A DNA stretch of 64,000 nt from assembly GCA_963833425.1 (NCBI GenBank), contig CAWHXP010000007.1:1-64000 (forward strand). Reading direction: 5' to 3'. The notes beneath the pieces are model-generated. The model saw only the letters and a list, made by a program, of their open reading frames with translations, searched no databases and was not told where the DNA came from. The stretch comes from an uncultured Methanosarcinaceae archaeon (GTDB lineage: Archaea > Halobacteriota > Methanosarcinia > Methanosarcinales > Methanosarcinaceae). The translations under genes and the position numbers were made by a program. Numbering within the stretch: the first letter of the stretch is position 1; each line of letters starts with the position of its first letter. Positions 58,853 to 64,000 of this stretch are shown in pieces.

Positions 58853-60607
58853 ATGGCAGGGACAATTGTGATCAAGAATGGATATGTCTTTGACCCCCTC
58901 AACGAAATAAATGGGGAAATCATGGATATCTTCGTACAGGACGGAAAAGTTGTGACAGATCTTTCTGCGGCTGAACTGAAAACAGGAACGTTTATTAATG
59001 CCTCAGGAATGACTGTCATGCCGGGGGGAGTAGACTCTCATTCTCATGTTGCAGGCTCGAAGGTTAACACCGGTAGGATGATGCGCCCTGAAGACCACCA
59101 TAAAGCAACTATCCAGAAAACTTCACTCCTTCACTCGGGTTCAGGTTATACCGTTCCCTCGGTTTACAAACAGGGTTATGATTACGCATTAATGGGTTAT
59201 ACAACTGTGTTTGAAGCTGCAATTCCTCCTCTCGAAGCTCGCCATACGCATGAAGAAATGCGTGCAACTCCAATTCTTGATATGGGGGGGTATCTGTTGC
59301 TCGGGAACAATTTCTTTATTATGCGCTACCTCCGAGAAGGTGATATAGAAAAGGCTGCTGCTTATGTGTCTTGGATGATGAAAACTCACAAGACTTATGG
59401 AGTCAAATGCGTCAACCCCGCAGGAGTCGAAAACTGGAGTTGGGGAAAAAACGTAAGTTCTCTTGATGAGGCCAACATCCATTTTGAAATTACCCCAAGA
59501 GAGATAATAAAAGGACTTTCCGAGATTAACGAACGCTTGGGCATGCCGATGCCTCTTCACTTGCATGCCAACAATCTTGGCCATCCAGGTTGCTATACTA
59601 TTGCCAAAGAATCCCTCAAAATCCCCGGTAGCATAAAGCCGAGGCAGAACATAAATGTGGAATGGGCTGAAACCAAAATGAATCCTGCAAAGAATCGTTC
59701 AGTATACCTTGCCCATTTGATGTTCAATAGTTTTGCAGGCACCACCTGGGCAGACTTCGAATCTGGTGTTAAAGAACTCGCAGTATATATCAACAACACG
59801 GATCATGTCGTAATAGACAGCGGATGCGTGCCTTTCGGTGAAGCTACACCCATGACCGGAGACGGGCCTGCAATCCATGATATTTATGCACTAACAGGAA
59901 GCAAGTGGTCCAATAAAGACGTCGAGATGGAGTGCGGCTCAGGTGTCCTGCCATTTACCTACCTCAAGTCCAATCCAGTGCACAGCGTGCAGTGGGCGAT
60001 GGGGCTTGAATGTCTCCTTCTAATCAACGACCCTTGGAAGACTATTATGACTACGGATAGCCCCAACGGCGGTCCGTTTACTAAATATCCGGAAGTCATG
60101 ACCTGGCTAGTATCTGAGGCTTACAGGAAGCAAACACTAAGTGAGTGCCACAAATGGGCCAATGATAGGAGTGAGCTCGGAGGAGTGAGACGGGAACTTT
60201 CCTTCTACGATCTTGCGATTCTAACTAGAGCCAACCCTTCCCGGACAATTGGCATGGCGCACAGGAAAGGTTCCCTTGGGGTGGGTGCTGACGGAGATAT
60301 TACAATTTACAACATAAACCCGGAGCAACTTGATCCGAACAATTATGAAGCTCTCCTCAGGACTTTAAGGAGGGCAGAATATACCATAAAAGGAGGTGAA
60401 ATTGTTGTTGCTAAGGGGGAGGTCGTTTCCATTCCAGAGAAACGGACTTACTATTCCGAAGTGCATGTAGAAGACAAAAGGGAAAAAGAGATGCTGGCTG
60501 ATTTGAAGGAATGGTTCAGGTACTATACCCTGGGCTTTGCTAACTACCCAACTCCCAAAGAGTATCTGAGAAACCCGACTCCAATACAGGTTAATGGTGA
60601 GAGGTGA
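58853..60607 (+). CDS. fmdA: Formylmethanofuran dehydrogenase subunit A (amidohydrolase)
   Basis: PGGVDSHSH, GVKCVNP, HLHANNLG, AHLMF and TTDSPNGGPF. Confidence 0.96.
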   Translation: MAGTIVIKNGYVFDPLNEINGEIMDIFVQDGKVVTDLSAAELKTGTFINASGMTVMPGGVDSHSHVAGSKVNTGRMMRPEDHHKATIQKTSLLHSGSGYTVPSVYKQGYDYALMGYTTVFEAAIPPLEARHTHEEMRATPILDMGGYLLLGNNFFIMRYLREGDIEKAAAYVSWMMKTHKTYGVKCVNPAGVENWSWGKNVSSLDEANIHFEITPREIIKGLSEINERLGMPMPLHLHANNLGHPGCYTIAKESLKIPGSIKPRQNINVEWAETKMNPAKNRSVYLAHLMFNSFAGTTWADFESGVKELAVYINNTDHVVIDSGCVPFGEATPMTGDGPAIHDIYALTGSKWSNKDVEMECGSGVLPFTYLKSNPVHSVQWAMGLECLLLINDPWKTIMTTDSPNGGPFTKYPEVMTWLVSEAYRKQTLSECHKWANDRSELGGVRRELSFYDLAILTRANPSRTIGMAHRKGSLGVGADGDITIYNINPEQLDPNNYEALLRTLRRAEYTIKGGEIVVAKGEVVSIPEKRTYYSEVHVEDKREKEMLADLKEWFRYYTLGFANYPTPKEYLRNPTPIQVNGER

Positions 60608-60611
60608 AGTA

Positions 60612-61421
60612 ATGACAGAAGTAATACTTATTCCAAAAAGGAAGGTTGATATTAAACTGGAGGCAGATATTATTACTCCTGACTCTTTTGCAGGCAAAAG
60701 TTCAGAAGAAATCGGAAATCTTTCAATCTGGCAGGGACCAAGGACATATCCTCTCTGCGAATTTTTTGAAGTAAGAGGAAATGGAGGTATTTCTGAAGCT
60801 GATACTATAATTCGCATAAAAGGTGATGCAAGCAGGGTCAAAAGAATCGGAGAGGGTATGAGTGCAGGAAAAATTGAAATTGAGAGTTCTGCAGGAATGC
60901 ATTTAGGGACTGGAATGAAAGGAGGCAAAATCTTCGTTTTTGGAGATGTAGATTCCTGGCCAGCTATGGAAATGACAGGTGGACTAGTTCACATTAAAGG
61001 TAATGCTGGAGATCATGTTGGCTGTGCTTACAGAGGCAAATGGCACGGTATGAAAGGTGGGCGAATTGTAATCGAAGGTTCAGCTGGGCATCAGGTAGGG
61101 GGCGGAATCGATGGAGGCGAAATCTTTGTGGAGGGAGATGTTGAAAGCTTCTGTGGGATCCGCCAGAACGGTGGATTAATCATCGTGAAAGGCAGAGCTC
61201 TTCGGGGTGTAGGTGCCGAAATGACAGCCGGGACCATAGTGATCGGGGGCAAAATCGAACGCTTTTCTCCGGGCTTCGAATATATTGGCATTGAAGAAGG
61301 GCTCAATCTTGGCGATTTTGAGTTAAAAGGTAAGTTCAAGAAATTCATAGGGGATTATGCGATTAGCACGCGAGCAAAAGGAGTGCTTTATGTGGCTGTG
61401 GATACAAACTCCGAGCTTTGA
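60612..61421 (+). CDS. fmdC: Formylmethanofuran dehydrogenase subunit C
   Basis: EADIITPD, GxxMxGGxI beta-helix repeats and GCAYRG; ATG follows a GAGGTGA SD. Confidence 0.94.
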   Translation: MTEVILIPKRKVDIKLEADIITPDSFAGKSSEEIGNLSIWQGPRTYPLCEFFEVRGNGGISEADTIIRIKGDASRVKRIGEGMSAGKIEIESSAGMHLGTGMKGGKIFVFGDVDSWPAMEMTGGLVHIKGNAGDHVGCAYRGKWHGMKGGRIVIEGSAGHQVGGGIDGGEIFVEGDVESFCGIRQNGGLIIVKGRALRGVGAEMTAGTIVIGGKIERFSPGFEYIGIEEGLNLGDFELKGKFKKFIGDYAISTRAKGVLYVAVDTNSEL

Positions 61422-61430
61422 GGTTAGATA

Positions 61431-61820
61431 ATGAAAGTATTACTCATTACTGGAAGTACCATTGAAGAAGGCAGACTTGCAAAGGGCGGGGATAAATTTA
61501 AGGCTGAATATGCTAAAGAGTGCGCAGTCTGCTGGATTTCTCCAGTTGATTTTGTGACTCTCTGCTCTCCTGAAAAAGTTAAGGTGACAAGTAAAAGCGG
61601 TAAACATTCGGTTGTAGTTTGTGCAAAATGCATGGATTCAATCCAACCAGGGAATGTATTCATGCCAAAAGCAATCTGGTCCAATGTAATTGTGGATCCA
61701 GATACCCTTTCTACGGGATCCCCTCTCTACAAAGGTGCCCCAGTGGGAATTGAGCTCACCGAAGAAAATGTACTAAGTGTCGAAGATATTGTGCTAAAAG
61801 TTTATGTCGGAGGGCAATGA
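61431..61820 (+). CDS. fmdD: Formylmethanofuran dehydrogenase subunit D
   Basis: LITGSTIEEG, PGNVFMP..WSN and TGSPLYKG. Confidence 0.92.
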   Translation: MKVLLITGSTIEEGRLAKGGDKFKAEYAKECAVCWISPVDFVTLCSPEKVKVTSKSGKHSVVVCAKCMDSIQPGNVFMPKAIWSNVIVDPDTLSTGSPLYKGAPVGIELTEENVLSVEDIVLKVYVGGQ

Positions 61821-63124
61821 ACATGGTGTTTAAAAATATATTCTGTACGGCCTGTGGAGCTGCCTGTGATGACATCCAAATAGAACTAGGGGATGGCACA
61901 ATTGAAACTAAAAATGCGTGTAAGATTGGAAATGCCAAATTTAAGGAAGTTGTAAGTTCCAATAGGCTTCAGCAGCCCCTCCTGAAAAAAGATGGACGGC
62001 TGATGCCTGTAGCTTGGGATGAAGCTCTTGAAAAGGCCACAGATATCCTTATTTCTGCCAAACGTCCCTTGCTTTTCTTGGGCAGCGAGGTATCCTGCGA
62101 GGCTCACGAAGTAGGGCTCCATATTGGAGAATACCTTGGTGCAGTTGTAGACTCAAATACATCTATCTACCATGGGCCAACAGCTATGGGAATCCAAGAA
62201 GCTGGCAAAATCGGTGCAACAGAAGGGCAGAAAAAAAACAGATGTGACCTAATAGTCTATTGGGGAACCAACCCTCTTGAGTCCGTCCCGAGGCAGATGT
62301 CAAGGTATGATGTTTTCCCTCGTGGCTATTGGACTAAACGTGGACGTTTCGACAGAATAATCGTCACGTTGGACCCGAGAAGGACTCCTACTACTGAAGC
62401 TTCAGACTTCCACGTGCAGCTAAAGCCTAATTCCGATTATGAACTTATCAGTGCTCTTCTTACACTACTGCATGGTAAAATTCCTCACCCTTCAGTTGAA
62501 AAAATTACAGGTATTCCTATTTTGGTATTAGAAGAGATACTCGATATGATGAAAAATTGTAATTTCGGTGTAATTTCAGTGGGTTTAGGGCTTTCATCAT
62601 CAATTGGGAAACACAGGAATGCAGAAATTGCCATGAACCTTGTAAAAGAACTGAACAATTACACCAAATTTACTCTTGGAGCTCTCAATAGCTACTGCAA
62701 CGCTGTAGGCTTTAACCAGGTGGCCTCCTACATGTATGGATATCCTTTCGGGCTCGACTTCACACGAGGATATCCACGTTTCAACCCTGGAGAATTTACG
62801 ACTGTAGACATGCTTCGGGAAAGAGACGTGGATGCAGCTCTTATAGTGTGCTCTGATCTTGTTAGTAATCTCCCTGCTGACTGTGCGGCCTACCTTGCCG
62901 AAATACCCCTGATTTGCCTATACATTGTACCTTGTCCAACAACAATTATTTCAGATCTCGTGCTCCCTGGAGTCATTGATGCCATGGAATGTGATGGGAC
63001 TTTTTACAGGCAAGACGAAGTGCCAGTGTACTTAGAACCTTTTACAAGTTCGCCATTTGAGTTCACAAAAAGTAATGAAGATACCTTAAGACAGCTTTTT
63101 GCAAAAATTCGACAGAAGAAATAA
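61817..63124 (+). CDS. fmdB: Formylmethanofuran dehydrogenase subunit B homologue with a degenerate Mo/W active site
   Basis: The [4Fe-4S] motif CTACGAACDD..C and GTNP..PR..SRY are kept. The expected ICHGP reads IYHGP and the expected RGHCNV reads NSYCNA. Confidence 0.92.
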   Translation: MNMVFKNIFCTACGAACDDIQIELGDGTIETKNACKIGNAKFKEVVSSNRLQQPLLKKDGRLMPVAWDEALEKATDILISAKRPLLFLGSEVSCEAHEVGLHIGEYLGAVVDSNTSIYHGPTAMGIQEAGKIGATEGQKKNRCDLIVYWGTNPLESVPRQMSRYDVFPRGYWTKRGRFDRIIVTLDPRRTPTTEASDFHVQLKPNSDYELISALLTLLHGKIPHPSVEKITGIPILVLEEILDMMKNCNFGVISVGLGLSSSIGKHRNAEIAMNLVKELNNYTKFTLGALNSYCNAVGFNQVASYMYGYPFGLDFTRGYPRFNPGEFTTVDMLRERDVDAALIVCSDLVSNLPADCAAYLAEIPLICLYIVPCPTTIISDLVLPGVIDAMECDGTFYRQDEVPVYLEPFTSSPFEFTKSNEDTLRQLFAKIRQKK

Positions 63125-64000
63125 ATCAAGCATATATTTTTTTCGACAGATATGCTGGAGGAAAAACAATACCTAAAAAAGTGAGTATCTTTTCTCCTAC
63201 ATTTTGTTAGAAACTATACTCTTCAACAAAATCCTAAAAAATTCCAATTAAATGGCCTCTGTGGAAAAAGTCTGCGAATGTTCCGGTCTGACACAAGACA
63301 ACTTTTGTTATGGAACCGTACCTTAACCTTTGTATATAACTCACCATTAGGAGCTATACTTGGTGTAGGTATGAGACATTAAAGGCTTATTTCAAGCCAA
63401 CTGATAATAAAAAATATAAAACAGCAATAAGTAGGCTTCTTCAAAGTAACACAGGCTAATCCTACAATTACCTAGAGTAACCCTGCTGATAGATCTAGGC
63501 CGTGTCATTGAGCTATGATCAATTATATGCAGGAACTTCACAAGCAGCTTGAATTTTTTACTCTCATCCATACGCAGGTACTGTATTGGTTGTAGGTAAC
63601 CAAATATTGCATGTTGATTTTAACCTGCTGATGCTTTAAATTGTACTAACGCATATAAGATCATTTATTATTGTAATGTATTGCGCAGAAAGAAAAAGAT
63701 TTTATCATGGGTCTGAGCATGCTATATTCTTGCCTTAAATTGGGATAACACTTCTAATACTGACTGAAGAATAAAAAATCAAACAACTCATTTTTCTAAT
63801 TCAATAGAAAATACGGGACTGAAAAATTGGCAGTTTACAAAACGTTCAGTAAAAGATGATAGTACGCAGAGTCATGTTTATTCTAACAAAATTTCTGTCT
63901 TTCTTATTTTCACTAATGCGTAGTTTTTAAAGTAAACATGTGTATCTTTTCTACTGCAACTTTCCGTTACCATTTTTTTTTGCACTCTTTAACTCCAAGC

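Noticed and set aside
62168..62170. Selenocysteine at the FmdB metal-ligand position
   Set aside because: The codon is TAC (Tyr), not TGA.

Overview
AT-rich archaeal DNA from a Methanosarcina-like methanogen, judged from gene content and order: purB, rpl40e-GGGP synthase, the homocysteine-biosynthesis pair, ribL/ribH/ribC, dph5/dph6, purE-chorismate mutase-aroK, thrS, gatD, argH, ftr, mtd and an fmd(E)FACDB operon. By my tally only about half of the 64 kb is intact coding sequence. The rest is eroded DNA: about five IS200-type tnpA relics, a broken IS5, an ~88-bp MITE family (4 copies), a family-A DNA polymerase relic, a decayed GC-rich sulfatase/CobW island, and pfkB, mntP and fmdE pseudogenes. 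The most notable signal is at 54.4-63.1 kb, where ftr, mtd and the fmd operon sit together. FmdB is full-length but has lost its Mo/W-ligating Cys (C-H-G-P to Y-H-G-P) and the R-G-H active-site motif (to N-S-Y), while FmdA keeps its amidohydrolase metal ligands. This resembles the bacterial Fhc formyltransferase/hydrolase arising convergently in an archaeon; the alternative is early decay of the C1 branch. Four otherwise intact genes, including ftr, appear to start at near-cognate codons (ACG, ATT, ATT, ATA) correctly spaced from a Shine-Dalgarno motif. All family calls come from motif recognition and remembered reference sequences, not database searches. Pseudogene boundaries are approximate.
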